Shown here piece after piece: positions 37,152 through 46,473 of a stretch of 64,000 bases of DNA. Location of the stretch: the IMG/VR virus record IMGVR_UViG_3300032214_000615; one strand, 5' to 3'. Below the pieces are notes generated by a model. The model did not search any database. It was given only the letters and a program-made list of their open reading frames with translations, and was not told the origin of the DNA. The position numbers and the translations under genes are program-made. The stretch comes from a virus (Duplodnaviria; Heunggongvirae; Uroviricota; Caudoviricetes). Each line of letters starts with the position of its first letter. Position 1 is the first letter of the stretch.

Positions 37152-38015
37152 ACAGATAGCTGCTATTTCAGTGCATATCCTACTCTCAAGCAGGATATTG
37201 ACAGCCGCAAGATTGAGTGGAATAAAGACGTAGCTATTCAGTTATACGATCAAATAGCAGAGAATACCAATGCCAGTTTCCCACAGTTTATGGAACGAGC
37301 GTTTCACTGTCCACGAAAGAATGGCGCTATTATCAAAGCCGGGCGTGAATTGGTAGCTGATCGTGGAATCTTTATGACCAAGAAGCGCTATGCTGTTAAC
37401 ATCTATGACAAAGAGGGTAAGCGACTAGACGTTAACGGTAAACGTGGTAAGATCAAGGCTATGGGTCTTGATCTAAAACGCGCAGACACTCCAAAATACA
37501 TACAAAACTTTTTGTTTGATATTTTGGAAGATGTACTCGCTGGCGTCAGTCGCGTCGAGATTGTCGAGAAAATTAAAGCATTCAAAATAAATCTGGAACA
37601 ACAGCCTGCTTGGACAAAGGGCAGTCCCAAGGGAGTTAATAAGCTAACCTGGTATGGCGAACAGCAAGAAAAGGCTGATAAAAAAATCAATATGCCAGGG
37701 CACGTTCGCGCTAGTTTAAATTGGAATTACTTGAGAACTTTGAACAATGATACGTACAGTCAAAAAATAGTTGACGGTATGAAAATCGTAGTATGTAAGT
37801 TAAAAGATAATTTACTAGGAATGACCAGTATTGCGTATCCAACTGATGAGCTAAGACTGCCTTCTTGGTTCTTGGAACTTCCTTTTGATGATCGTGGTAT
37901 GGTTCAAACTCTTATTGATGAAAAGATAGAAAATTTATTGGGAGTGTTAAAGTGGAACATATCCAAAGACATTAATACCAGTAGCACTTTTAATTCATTA
38001 TTTACATTTTCTTAA
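37026..38015 (+). CDS. Split-intein C-terminal half (42 aa) fused to family-B DNA polymerase fragment 3 (TDS of motif C and thumb)
   Basis: GEVDDYVYDISIENQDPFFFANDILVHN (blocks F/G) immediately followed by TDSCYFSAY, which completes YGD|TDS. Confidence 0.8.
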   Translation: MDAEWTKVSKIECLGEVDDYVYDISIENQDPFFFANDILVHNTDSCYFSAYPTLKQDIDSRKIEWNKDVAIQLYDQIAENTNASFPQFMERAFHCPRKNGAIIKAGRELVADRGIFMTKKRYAVNIYDKEGKRLDVNGKRGKIKAMGLDLKRADTPKYIQNFLFDILEDVLAGVSRVEIVEKIKAFKINLEQQPAWTKGSPKGVNKLTWYGEQQEKADKKINMPGHVRASLNWNYLRTLNNDTYSQKIVDGMKIVVCKLKDNLLGMTSIAYPTDELRLPSWFLELPFDDRGMVQTLIDEKIENLLGVLKWNISKDINTSSTFNSLFTFS

Positions 38016-38083
38016 TTTGGCAACATAAGCTATTGACATTCTCTATATTAAAGAATTAGAATTACACAACACAAGGAAAAATT

Positions 38084-38812
38084 ATGCGTGATTACTTAGA
38101 TGATATTATTCAACACACTTGTAGCCTAGGCAACATTGATTTAATCAAAATCGTTGGCGATCAAAAAGAAACTCTGATCAAATCTATCACTGAAGATAGG
38201 TTTGTAATACTGAACGGTAAGTTTAAAATCCCCAATACTCAATTTGCGGGTGTATTTGGTATGCCTAACTTGACAAAACTAAAAACAATTTTGGGGTTTG
38301 ACGAGTACGACGAACACGCTACTATTCAAATGACACATCAGCAACAAAATGGAATCGCGATTCCTGCTGCTATTCACTTTGAAACCAAAAACAACGACTT
38401 CATCAACGATTATCGTTTAATGGGTCAAGCAATCGTAGAAGATAAAATTCGCGATGTAAAGTTTCAGGGCGCTACTTGGAGCGTTGACTTTGAGCCAAAA
38501 GTAGCAAGTGTAATTAGGCTTAAGAAGCAAGCGCAAGCTAATAGTGAAGAAACGCTGTTCACAGTAAAAACCGAAAATGGTAATCTAAAGCTGTTTTTTG
38601 GTAATATGAGCACTCATAGTGGTAACTTTATTTTTGAAAGCAATGTTTCCGGGGCTTTAAATCGCAGCTGGCAGTGGCCCATTCGTCCGTTTCTATCAAT
38701 ACTGGATTTGCTAGGCGACAAGCGAGTTTATATTAGCGATCAGGGTGCCATGAGAATCACCGTTGATAGCGGCTTAATTGATTACGAATATTTGCTACCA
38801 GCACAGGCTTAA
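38084..38812 (+). CDS. Hypothetical protein; possible replisome accessory protein (sliding-clamp-sized, next to polymerase)
   Basis: 242 aa acidic protein with a good RBS. The assignment rests on size and position only. Confidence 0.3.
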   Translation: MRDYLDDIIQHTCSLGNIDLIKIVGDQKETLIKSITEDRFVILNGKFKIPNTQFAGVFGMPNLTKLKTILGFDEYDEHATIQMTHQQQNGIAIPAAIHFETKNNDFINDYRLMGQAIVEDKIRDVKFQGATWSVDFEPKVASVIRLKKQAQANSEETLFTVKTENGNLKLFFGNMSTHSGNFIFESNVSGALNRSWQWPIRPFLSILDLLGDKRVYISDQGAMRITVDSGLIDYEYLLPAQA

Positions 38813-38815
38813 CAA

Positions 38816-39172
38816 ATGATTAAAAATATTCAATCCACGAGTAATCATCTTGCGATCAATACTAATCCTGCTTCGTATGTATCAGCCAATCCTAACTCTG
38901 GCGCACTGAGATTTAATACTATCACTCAAACACTTGAAGTATTTGATGGATATAATTGGATATCTTTTTCGTCATACACAACGATTGATCTAACTGTCAC
39001 AGCACAATCTGCTATAGATTGGGCAATTAAAAAGATGACTCGTGAGCAAGAATATGCTATACTAGCATCACAATACAGTTCTGTACAAGACGCTCTTGAC
39101 AATTTGGTCAAGGCACAAGAGCGTCTTGATATCATTGTAGCCTTGACCAAAAAAGAGGAAAGTCATGCTTGA
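38816..39172 (+). CDS. Hypothetical protein
   Basis: 118 aa ORF. Confidence 0.4.
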   Translation: MIKNIQSTSNHLAINTNPASYVSANPNSGALRFNTITQTLEVFDGYNWISFSSYTTIDLTVTAQSAIDWAIKKMTREQEYAILASQYSSVQDALDNLVKAQERLDIIVALTKKEESHA

Positions 39173-39383
39173 AAATCGTATTAAACATTTAGAGCAAATT
39201 CATCGCGATCTTGATAATAAAATCACTGATCTAGATAAAAATCATCCGCACGTTGATGAAACTCATCTTCACGAGATGAAAAAACAACGTCTCTCTGTTA
39301 GAGATGAGTTGAGTAATCTGCGCCGCAAGCTATTTGAAATGACCAGTGGTCGTGAAACTGAAAACTGGGCAGATGAACGATAA
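39165..39383 (+). CDS. DUF465 (YdcH-like) family small protein
   Basis: RBS AAGAGGAAAG. KHLEQIHRDLDNKITDLDKNHPHVDETHLHEMKKQRLSVRDELSNL parallels E. coli YdcH (HFAKLFDEHNELDHEI...KKLALKDEIYQL). Confidence 0.55.
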   Translation: MLENRIKHLEQIHRDLDNKITDLDKNHPHVDETHLHEMKKQRLSVRDELSNLRRKLFEMTSGRETENWADER

Positions 39384-39747
39384 CACTATTATGTTTGAAG
39401 CTAACAGAAAAGCGGCTAATTACGAGCGCACAATTAGAGTTTTGCGCAGTAGCAGACGCAGCGTATCAGTGTCTCATAAACTAGACAACGTTGATGTTTT
39501 TGTTAAGATTGAATCAAAGAGCAATGATCAATTTGACTTTGACGATATAAAGAAAACAATCAATACAGTGTTTAACGAATTAGACTTTTCAGTAGCTACA
39601 ATAATGGAACGAACTGACGCTCTGTTTGTTTTGCTTAGCGAACAATACCATGACAATAAAATTAGCATCACCGTCACTGATAATGATGGGTGCGGACTAA
39701 CGACCAACTATTACAACAGTATCCCTCAACAACTTATTAAGATTTAA
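39373..39747 (+). CDS. Hypothetical protein (start uncertain)
   Basis: ORF 39346-39747; internal Met at 39373 or 39391 is more compatible with the upstream stop. Confidence 0.35.
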   Translation: MNDNTIMFEANRKAANYERTIRVLRSSRRSVSVSHKLDNVDVFVKIESKSNDQFDFDDIKKTINTVFNELDFSVATIMERTDALFVLLSEQYHDNKISITVTDNDGCGLTTNYYNSIPQQLIKI

Positions 39748-39757
39748 AGGAAAAAAT

Positions 39758-39967
39758 ATGATCAATCAACTAAGCAAGATTTTTGAAGACCTAGAAAAGT
39801 ACCGTGATTTTTGCGTAGAATACGGATATCGTTTTGACGAATCCACTCTTTACAATATGCGTAATTATGCTTTTCAGCAATTTATGAAATACTCGGGCGG
39901 AAAGCACGCCAAAAATATGTGGGCAGAAGACGCCAAGCGATACGAAAGTGCGTTAAACAGCTTCTAA
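39758..39967 (+). CDS. Hypothetical small protein
   Basis: 69 aa, RBS AAGGAAAAAATATG. Confidence 0.4.
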   Translation: MINQLSKIFEDLEKYRDFCVEYGYRFDESTLYNMRNYAFQQFMKYSGGKHAKNMWAEDAKRYESALNSF

Positions 39968-39968
39968 C

Positions 39969-40232
39969 ATGTCAATCGTCGCAGAATTTCCTGCGAAGAA
40001 GCTTGAGCCCTGGCACGCTATGTTCCGGGGCTCAGTTGCTGATTCAGTAACAGTAATGAAAGCCGCCCGAAATTATGGAAAACATATTGTTGACTGTGGT
40101 TACGCCAAACAATTCAAGATCATTGGGTTAGATCATGAAGACATAGTTATCGTTCACTGTATTCCTCACACTGATTCTATAAATTTATTGGATTATTGGA
40201 AACAAGTTGAAATTGACACAAATACGGTTTAA
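39969..40232 (+). CDS. Hypothetical small protein
   Basis: 87 aa ORF. Confidence 0.4.
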   Translation: MSIVAEFPAKKLEPWHAMFRGSVADSVTVMKAARNYGKHIVDCGYAKQFKIIGLDHEDIVIVHCIPHTDSINLLDYWKQVEIDTNTV

Positions 40233-40262
40233 TGATACTATACAACACACAAACAACTACAC

Positions 40263-41297
40263 ATGGCTTCTATGATCAAACGACTTGGATTTGCGTGCAA
40301 ATGGATTGATCGTCCAGATCAATGCGATGGCATCAAACCAAAAGATGACTGTGCCAAGTACAATACTGGCACTACTACTCGCGCCTGGATGAATCGTCAA
40401 TCACGATCAACTGCCGAGGACAAACTGTGGACTCTGATGAAAGCCAATATTGAGTCAGTGCGTTTGCTGGTAGATAGAGTTAGTAAGTTGGACCCAGCAT
40501 TGCGTATGGTTCGTTTGTCATCGGAAATTTTGCCGCTGTACACTGAGCAAGATTGGAAATATTTCTATCGTCAATCTGATGTTGTTGCTTATATGGAGCG
40601 ACACTTTGCTGTCATTGGTGAAATTGCCAGACAGCATAATGTTCGTTTGAGTTTTCACCCTGGACAATTTACAGTACTGGCTTCCGAGAATCCAGAGATT
40701 GTTAACAACAGTGTTGAGGAGTTTGAGTATCACGCTGATATGATGCGTATGATGGGCTACGGAAAAACCTTCCAAGACTTTAAAGTCAACGTCCACATCA
40801 GTGGTAGGCTCGGCCCGCAGGGCATCAGAATGGCTTACTCCCGTCTCAGTCCAGAAGCAAGAAACTGTATCACCATTGAGAACGAGGAAAACAGTTGGGG
40901 ATTGGATGACTGCCTCACGCTAGGTGATCTACTGCCAATCGTGTTGGATATTCATCATCATTTTTGTCGTGAAGGTGAATACATTGAAGCAAATGATTCT
41001 CGCATTCAAAGAGTTATTGATAGTTGGCGTGGGGTGCGTCCTGTTATTCACTACAGTCAATCTAGAGAAGAGTATCTGGTTGGACACTCAACTGATGTAC
41101 GTCCTGATCGTAATTCCTTGATTTCCGTCGGCATCGGCAAACAAAAGCTACGAGCGCACAGTGATTTCTATCACAATAATGCTTGTAATGATTGGGCACT
41201 TACACACTGGGACTGGGCTGACATGATGTGCGAGTCAAAAGCAAAATGCTTAGCGAGCTTCAAACTACATGAATATGCTAAGTCTAAAGGACTATGA
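40263..41297 (+). CDS. uvdE: UV-damage endonuclease (UvdE/UvsE family)
   Basis: Collinear blocks with B. subtilis UvsE: MIKRLGFAC, SFHPGQFTVLASENPEIVNNSVEEFEYHADMMRMMGY, VNVHISGR, ITIENEENSWGLDD, IVLDIHHHF, VIHYSQSRE, AHSDF. Confidence 0.8.
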   Translation: MASMIKRLGFACKWIDRPDQCDGIKPKDDCAKYNTGTTTRAWMNRQSRSTAEDKLWTLMKANIESVRLLVDRVSKLDPALRMVRLSSEILPLYTEQDWKYFYRQSDVVAYMERHFAVIGEIARQHNVRLSFHPGQFTVLASENPEIVNNSVEEFEYHADMMRMMGYGKTFQDFKVNVHISGRLGPQGIRMAYSRLSPEARNCITIENEENSWGLDDCLTLGDLLPIVLDIHHHFCREGEYIEANDSRIQRVIDSWRGVRPVIHYSQSREEYLVGHSTDVRPDRNSLISVGIGKQKLRAHSDFYHNNACNDWALTHWDWADMMCESKAKCLASFKLHEYAKSKGL

Positions 41298-41329
41298 CAG
41301 AGTACGAAACAATGTGATATGGAGAGAGT

Positions 41330-41521
41330 ATGTGGCGTGGTACTATTGATTGGCGTTATAGATTTTGTTGGTTCCCAAAACGATGCGCTATCACGGGAAA
41401 ACAATTATGGCTTAAAATGGCATACTGTGGATATCGTATGATCACTGAACCAGATAACCCCATAGTAGAATATTGTTGGCATGACGCTGACGAACATTTG
41501 ATTTGGTTGCTTAAGAACTAA
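41330..41521 (+). CDS. Hypothetical Trp/Cys-rich small protein
   Basis: 63 aa ORF. Confidence 0.3.
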   Translation: MWRGTIDWRYRFCWFPKRCAITGKQLWLKMAYCGYRMITEPDNPIVEYCWHDADEHLIWLLKN

Positions 41522-41534
41522 ATAAATACATATT

Positions 41535-41993
41535 ATGTTTGACAAGATTAAAAATTTATTTAAATCAAAGCCGGGTGATACACCAATCACTGCTCCGGTA
41601 GCATCTGACCAGCCCAAGAAACAACGAAAGCCCAGAGTAAAGAAAACTGAGCAGCAGATGACTGCTAAACAACTGGCCACTCAAAATGGGGAGCCATATA
41701 TTTCAATATTAAAAGTAGATGTTGACCCGTCAAACATAAACAGTGGTAGCTTTGAGCTAGATTGGAATGATAAATTTGTATTGAATTTAGTTCGGGCCGG
41801 CTACAAAATTCGCGAAGACGATACAGACAACGACATTGTTGATCGTTGGTTTCAAACCGTGTGTAGAAACATAGCACTTGAAGTGTATGAGCAGAAAGAA
41901 GCCGACTTGACTACTAGACCAAAATCAGCAAATTCTGATATTCGTCACGTACAAAGAAAAGACATTGGAAATAATCGCAGCGAAATAAGTTGA
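41535..41993 (+). CDS. Hypothetical protein with basic N-terminal region
   Basis: 152 aa ORF. Confidence 0.4.
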   Translation: MFDKIKNLFKSKPGDTPITAPVASDQPKKQRKPRVKKTEQQMTAKQLATQNGEPYISILKVDVDPSNINSGSFELDWNDKFVLNLVRAGYKIREDDTDNDIVDRWFQTVCRNIALEVYEQKEADLTTRPKSANSDIRHVQRKDIGNNRSEIS

Positions 41994-42045
41994 CAACAAA
42001 TCATTTTTAAGATAATATACTATATTATCAGTCAATTAAGTCACT

Positions 42046-43089
42046 ATGAAATACATTATCGTAGACTCTGCCAATCTGTTCTTTAAGAGTAGACACGTTG
42101 CCAGTAAACAATCAACTGACTGGGAACGAATTGGCAAGGCAATTGAGTTGACGCTTAGTAGTGTCAACCGTCTAGTTCGTAAGTTTAGTGATGGGCAGCC
42201 TACGCATGTAGTATTTGCTCTTGAGGGTCGCAGTTGGCGCAAGGATTTTTACAAGCCATACAAGGCTAATCGTGTTGTAGCAAAACAGGCACTGACAGAA
42301 GCCGAACTCAAGCAAGATGAAATGTACTGGACTGCGTATGAGAAATTTACGCAATTCTTGATTGAGCAAACAAATACCAGTGTGCTTCGTTGTCCTACTG
42401 CTGAAGCAGATGACATTATTGCCAGATTCATTCATCTACATCCCAATGATGAGCACTATATTGTCAGTAGTGATGGTGACTTTTATCAATTGATTGCGCC
42501 GAATGTTAAGCAATACAATAGTCTCAATGGAATGTTGATCACTGATAATGGTATATTTGATGATCGTGGTCGCAGTGTAGCATTTACTCTTGACAGCAAG
42601 AGTAAGATTAAGATTGGAAAACCAAGTGCTGATTTTGTGACACCCGAAAATTGGGTAGAGTACGGACTATTCTTGAAGTGTATTCGCGGAGACACTGGTG
42701 ACAATGTATTCAGTGCTTATCCCGGAGTGCGAGAAAAGGGATCAAAAAGCAAGCCTGGATTGAAGGAAGCTTTTGATGATCGCACTAGTCGTGGATTCGC
42801 GTGGAACAATCTAATGCTACAGCGTTGGACCGATCATAATGATGAAGAACACAAAGTATTGAATGACTATGAACGCAATCGTCGATTGATTGATTTGCGC
42901 TATCAGCCTCAAGAAGTAAAAGACGCAGTGGATGAGTCCGTTAAGACTGGTCTGAAAAAGACAAAGATTAGTAATGTAGGTATTTACTTTATGAAATTTT
43001 GCGGCAAGTTTGAACTGATCACTATCAGTGATAGTCCTGATAGTTATGCTCGTTGGCTGAACAATTCGTATACTGGTGTTCTAGTATGA
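42046..43089 (+). CDS. rnh: T4-type RNase H / 5'-3' flap exonuclease (FEN family)
   Basis: IIVDSANLFF; EADDIIARFIHLHPNDEHYIVSSDGDFYQLIAPNVKQYNS (compare T4 RNase H EADDHIAVLVKKFSLEGHKILIISSDGDFTQLHKYPNVKQWSP); H3TH KCIRGDTGDNVFSAYPGV. Confidence 0.85.
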   Translation: MKYIIVDSANLFFKSRHVASKQSTDWERIGKAIELTLSSVNRLVRKFSDGQPTHVVFALEGRSWRKDFYKPYKANRVVAKQALTEAELKQDEMYWTAYEKFTQFLIEQTNTSVLRCPTAEADDIIARFIHLHPNDEHYIVSSDGDFYQLIAPNVKQYNSLNGMLITDNGIFDDRGRSVAFTLDSKSKIKIGKPSADFVTPENWVEYGLFLKCIRGDTGDNVFSAYPGVREKGSKSKPGLKEAFDDRTSRGFAWNNLMLQRWTDHNDEEHKVLNDYERNRRLIDLRYQPQEVKDAVDESVKTGLKKTKISNVGIYFMKFCGKFELITISDSPDSYARWLNNSYTGVLV

Positions 43090-43112
43090 TGATTTATTAA
43101 AAGAGAAGGAAA

Positions 43113-43259
43113 ATGAAACTTATTTTTGACGATTATGATGGTTATTGGGTTTGGGTTAACGATGAGGACGAGCAAGATGAACTCAGTCCGCAGTTTGACG
43201 ATCAGCACGATGCCATTCAATGGCAACAACGAATGAAGAAGATTTTTACAGGACGCTAG
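43113..43259 (+). CDS. Small acidic protein, paralog of 43765-43908
   Basis: MKLIFDDYDGYWVWVNDEDEQDELSPQFDDQHDAIQWQQR... versus MFLKEDIHNQVWVWVDEQTQKEISPHFDYEEDALLWKQR... RBS GAGAAGGAAA. Confidence 0.45.
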   Translation: MKLIFDDYDGYWVWVNDEDEQDELSPQFDDQHDAIQWQQRMKKIFTGR

Positions 43260-43260
43260 C

Positions 43261-43560
43261 ATGCTGAACTTTAAGTTCATTGGTTGGTGTCATGATCCAA
43301 AAAACAATCATGACAAAGTTTGGGGCGTAATTCGCTTGGACGATGACCATCTGTTTGGGAAAGTATTGATTTTTTGGGGTCGTCGTGGTAAGAAATTACA
43401 AACCAAAATTGATAAGAATAGCATTAAACTAAGTGGGTTAATTCTTAACAAAGAATACCGGGGCTACAAGAGTATTAATGCAAAACGATTAGACGAAGTT
43501 TATCCAGAGTTTCACAATGATTTGGAAAAAACTGCCATGTGGGCTATGTTAGCGTCATGA
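43261..43560 (+). CDS. Hypothetical protein
   Basis: 99 aa ORF. Confidence 0.4.
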   Translation: MLNFKFIGWCHDPKNNHDKVWGVIRLDDDHLFGKVLIFWGRRGKKLQTKIDKNSIKLSGLILNKEYRGYKSINAKRLDEVYPEFHNDLEKTAMWAMLAS

Positions 43561-43763
43561 ATCATAATTTTGAACGACTTCTTACTGACACGGCAGTTAA
43601 ATATCGGTCTTACGACCGTCGTTGGAAGTGGGATGCTGAGCCAGAAAAGCTAGAACGATATTCTCAAGAATTGGTGAGAGAGTTCATAAAAATAGCATGG
43701 CGAAATGGAGCATCATCCGAAGTTATCATGGCTGTACAACGACATTTTCATGTTATGAGGTAA
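43539..43763 (+). CDS. Hypothetical small protein
   Basis: 74 aa ORF. Confidence 0.35.
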   Translation: MGYVSVMNHNFERLLTDTAVKYRSYDRRWKWDAEPEKLERYSQELVREFIKIAWRNGASSEVIMAVQRHFHVMR

Positions 43764-43764
43764 A

Positions 43765-43908
43765 TCATGTTCTTAAAAGAAGACATTCACAATCAAGTGT
43801 GGGTATGGGTTGACGAACAGACTCAAAAGGAAATTAGTCCGCATTTTGATTATGAAGAAGATGCACTGCTGTGGAAGCAACGACTAGAAGACTCGCAGCA
43901 TAAATAAA
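43765..43908 (+). CDS. Small acidic protein, paralog of 43113-43259
   Basis: See the paralog; conserved VWVWV...SP.FD...DA..W.QR. Confidence 0.45.
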
Positions 43909-43929
43909 TCAGTGCTTCACTGATTTAAT

Positions 43930-46206
43930 ATGAGATATAAAGACTTTTACACAGAATTAGTTAATGAAATTACGATGAAACCTCGCGCTTTTGATAAGTT
44001 TATCAAGAGCGATGTATCTGCGGGCATCAAATGTGGATTTGAGGCTGAGCTATACTATCCCAATATGGTAAGATCATCTGGTTACGATGATCAGCAGCCC
44101 AATTATGATTATGACAGACCAGCCAAAAGTATAGAGTCAGTATGTGATTTTTTTTATGATAGTGACTACAATAGCAGAGATGTCATACAAAAATTACGAA
44201 ATCAATTAAATAACGGTTACGAAGATTGGCTAGACAACATCATATCAGAACAGTGGATTGAGCAGCGTGAAGAACTAATAAAGACAAAACTTATAGACGA
44301 CAAACTGTGGATCTTAAAAGATGCGATAACTAACGCTCTTGACGATATGGGTTTATCTCGTACTCAAATAGCAAATGCGTTTGCTGCCAAATCAAACCGA
44401 GATTATGCTGAACAAATGGGAAATGAAAAGCAGTTAGAATTATTTCAAGATGATAACGACTACAAAAGATATGTAGAAGCCGAAGAAACTGCTGAACAAG
44501 ATTTACAAGATGAAGTAGAACGCAGTGTTCGCCGTCAAGATCATACTTATCAAACAGTATACGACGAATTTACAGATGACATCAGAACCGGTTATGAATA
44601 CGATGAGGAAGAATACTTAAAATCTTTACGCATTGGGTACATGAGCGATGTGCCAAATGTATTTCAATACATATCATGGGGTTATTACACTGAAGAATCT
44701 GATGATGTTGATAGAGAAACTGGATTCAGTGAGGCCGCTGCTGAGGAATTGGCAGAAGAATTAAAAAAATACATTCCTGATCTGTTGATTGACGGGAAAT
44801 CTGAGCCAATAATAGTGAAAGTATCAGATCGCTATAAAACGATACCAAGACATTATGATGGAATGACTCCAAATTTATGGATTATTGAGCCTGATGCATC
44901 ATTGGATGAAAGAAACCGTGATAGTGACATGGGTGCTGAAATAATTGCCCCACCTATACCAATAGATCAACTGGAACGAGTACTTACTCAATTTTGGAAA
45001 TTTGCTCGGGCACATAGAGCATACAGTCATGAGTCAACTGGGTTTCATATAAATGTAAGTATGCCAAATATTACAACTTCAAACATAGATTATTTGAAGT
45101 TGGCTCTATTGCTGGGTGATGAGTATGTGGCAAAACAATTTGACAGATTTGAGGAAGAGGCATCCACATACTGCCGAAATAGTTTAGGTAAAATAAAGTC
45201 TGAATACAGACTTATGAACATACCAGAAATGTTAGTTAAGTTGAAAGATGACTTAGAAAATAGTGCCGCTCAAGCAATTCTAAGAACAAAACACGGAGCA
45301 GAAAAGAAAAGTAGTATTCATCTAAAACAGAACTATATAGAATTTCGCAGTCCGGGTGGAGAGGACTACTTCTCTTCAGATCCAAAATCGTTTACTGAAT
45401 CTCTAAAAAAGATTACAAACACTGCCAAGCGATTTGCTTACGCTACTTATGTTGCTTCACAGCCACAATTAGAGCGTAATGAATACGCAAAGAAATTAAC
45501 GGCTCTGCTAACTAGTTTATCTACTGGCAGAAAACCAACTGTAAAATACTATGATCCAAAATTGCCAGATAATGCTAAACAACCAACTGTCTTTGTTGAT
45601 AAACCACAGCCTGGATTCAAACAGGTGGTTATACCAATTTCATCTGATTATGACAAAGATTTAGTCAATATATTTACTCGCTTTGCTGTTGGAGAGTTGC
45701 CACGGGCCGCACTAAAGAGTTTTGTAAAACAAGCACAACTTACTAGATCACTTGAGCCACTACATCGTCCATTTAGTAAATCTGCTGGAACTCAAACTCA
45801 GCCAACAAATGAATATTATTGGTGGAAAGTAGAATCTACAAGTAAACAACATGCTATTGAAGTAGTAGCGAAAAACAAAGCAGAAGCCATAAAAACTGCC
45901 GCAGAAGAGTGGGGCGTTACTACAGAACACGAAATGATAGTGGGCGCTACAGCTCAACCATTAAGAAAATACGAAGAACTAACAGCCACACACCCAGCAA
46001 GCTATTATAGTGCTATTATTCCAGCACATGATGAAACTGGAAACTGGGAAGTTTTTAACAGAATTAGTAATCATTCTTTGTATAGATTTAACGCTGATAA
46101 TTATGATGATGCTGCTCAGATAAGTCGTTCCTGGGCCAGAAGAAATAATATTACCCCTGATGTTGCCTCCGAATTTTCTATTCGTCAAGTATCGCAACAA
46201 AATTAA
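43930..46206 (+). CDS. Second amidoligase-family protein (paralog of the 26937 N-terminal domain), 758 aa
   Basis: KCGFEAELYYP (ExE), WIIEPDASL...GAEIIAPP, TGFHINVSMP...LKLALLLGD. Collinear with VGFEFEFCMP / IEPDGSV...GELVSPP / TGLHINVSIP...LKLAIFTAD in the 26937 ORF. Confidence 0.5.
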   Translation: MRYKDFYTELVNEITMKPRAFDKFIKSDVSAGIKCGFEAELYYPNMVRSSGYDDQQPNYDYDRPAKSIESVCDFFYDSDYNSRDVIQKLRNQLNNGYEDWLDNIISEQWIEQREELIKTKLIDDKLWILKDAITNALDDMGLSRTQIANAFAAKSNRDYAEQMGNEKQLELFQDDNDYKRYVEAEETAEQDLQDEVERSVRRQDHTYQTVYDEFTDDIRTGYEYDEEEYLKSLRIGYMSDVPNVFQYISWGYYTEESDDVDRETGFSEAAAEELAEELKKYIPDLLIDGKSEPIIVKVSDRYKTIPRHYDGMTPNLWIIEPDASLDERNRDSDMGAEIIAPPIPIDQLERVLTQFWKFARAHRAYSHESTGFHINVSMPNITTSNIDYLKLALLLGDEYVAKQFDRFEEEASTYCRNSLGKIKSEYRLMNIPEMLVKLKDDLENSAAQAILRTKHGAEKKSSIHLKQNYIEFRSPGGEDYFSSDPKSFTESLKKITNTAKRFAYATYVASQPQLERNEYAKKLTALLTSLSTGRKPTVKYYDPKLPDNAKQPTVFVDKPQPGFKQVVIPISSDYDKDLVNIFTRFAVGELPRAALKSFVKQAQLTRSLEPLHRPFSKSAGTQTQPTNEYYWWKVESTSKQHAIEVVAKNKAEAIKTAAEEWGVTTEHEMIVGATAQPLRKYEELTATHPASYYSAIIPAHDETGNWEVFNRISNHSLYRFNADNYDDAAQISRSWARRNNITPDVASEFSIRQVSQQN

Positions 46207-46228
46207 TTTCTCTATCTTTTCAATTCAC

Positions 46229-46257
46229 TTGACTAATTTAATTAGTTAGTGTATCAT
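46229..46257 (+). promoter_or_regulatory. Sigma70-like promoter TTGACT-N17-TATCAT with GTGTATCAT -10 context
   Basis: Same -10 context as the promoter at 60038. Confidence 0.4.
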
Positions 46258-46286
46258 CTTTACTTGAAAAGTAAAATGGAGATTTT

Positions 46287-46463
46287 ATGTTTAAAATGAT
46301 TTTGGCTTTTGTATTACTATTTGCTGCATTCTTTATTGGTATTACCGCACTCACAAAAACGTCTAAATCGGATAAACGTGAGTTGCTAAAAATCGCAGGG
46401 TATAGTATAGTATGTTCTCTGCTGACATTTGTTGTGTTGACATTAATTGTTCTACTATTTTGA
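46287..46463 (+). CDS. Small two-helix membrane protein upstream of the SPFH gene
   Basis: MFKMILAFVLLFAAFFIGITAL...IVCSLLTFVVLTLIVLLF, RBS GGAG. Confidence 0.45.
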   Translation: MFKMILAFVLLFAAFFIGITALTKTSKSDKRELLKIAGYSIVCSLLTFVVLTLIVLLF

Positions 46464-46473
46464 AAGGTAAATC

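Noticed and set aside
35333-38015. A single contiguous intein with an internal homing-endonuclease domain
   Set aside because: The IntN, endonuclease and IntC segments are in three different reading frames, with a stop after IntN and a fresh start for IntC. The sequence supports a split intein with a free-standing endonuclease gene, not one continuous intein ORF.
38033-38060. TTGACA at 38033 as a promoter for gene 38084
   Set aside because: No acceptable -10 hexamer lies at 16-18 nt spacing, so it was left uncalled.
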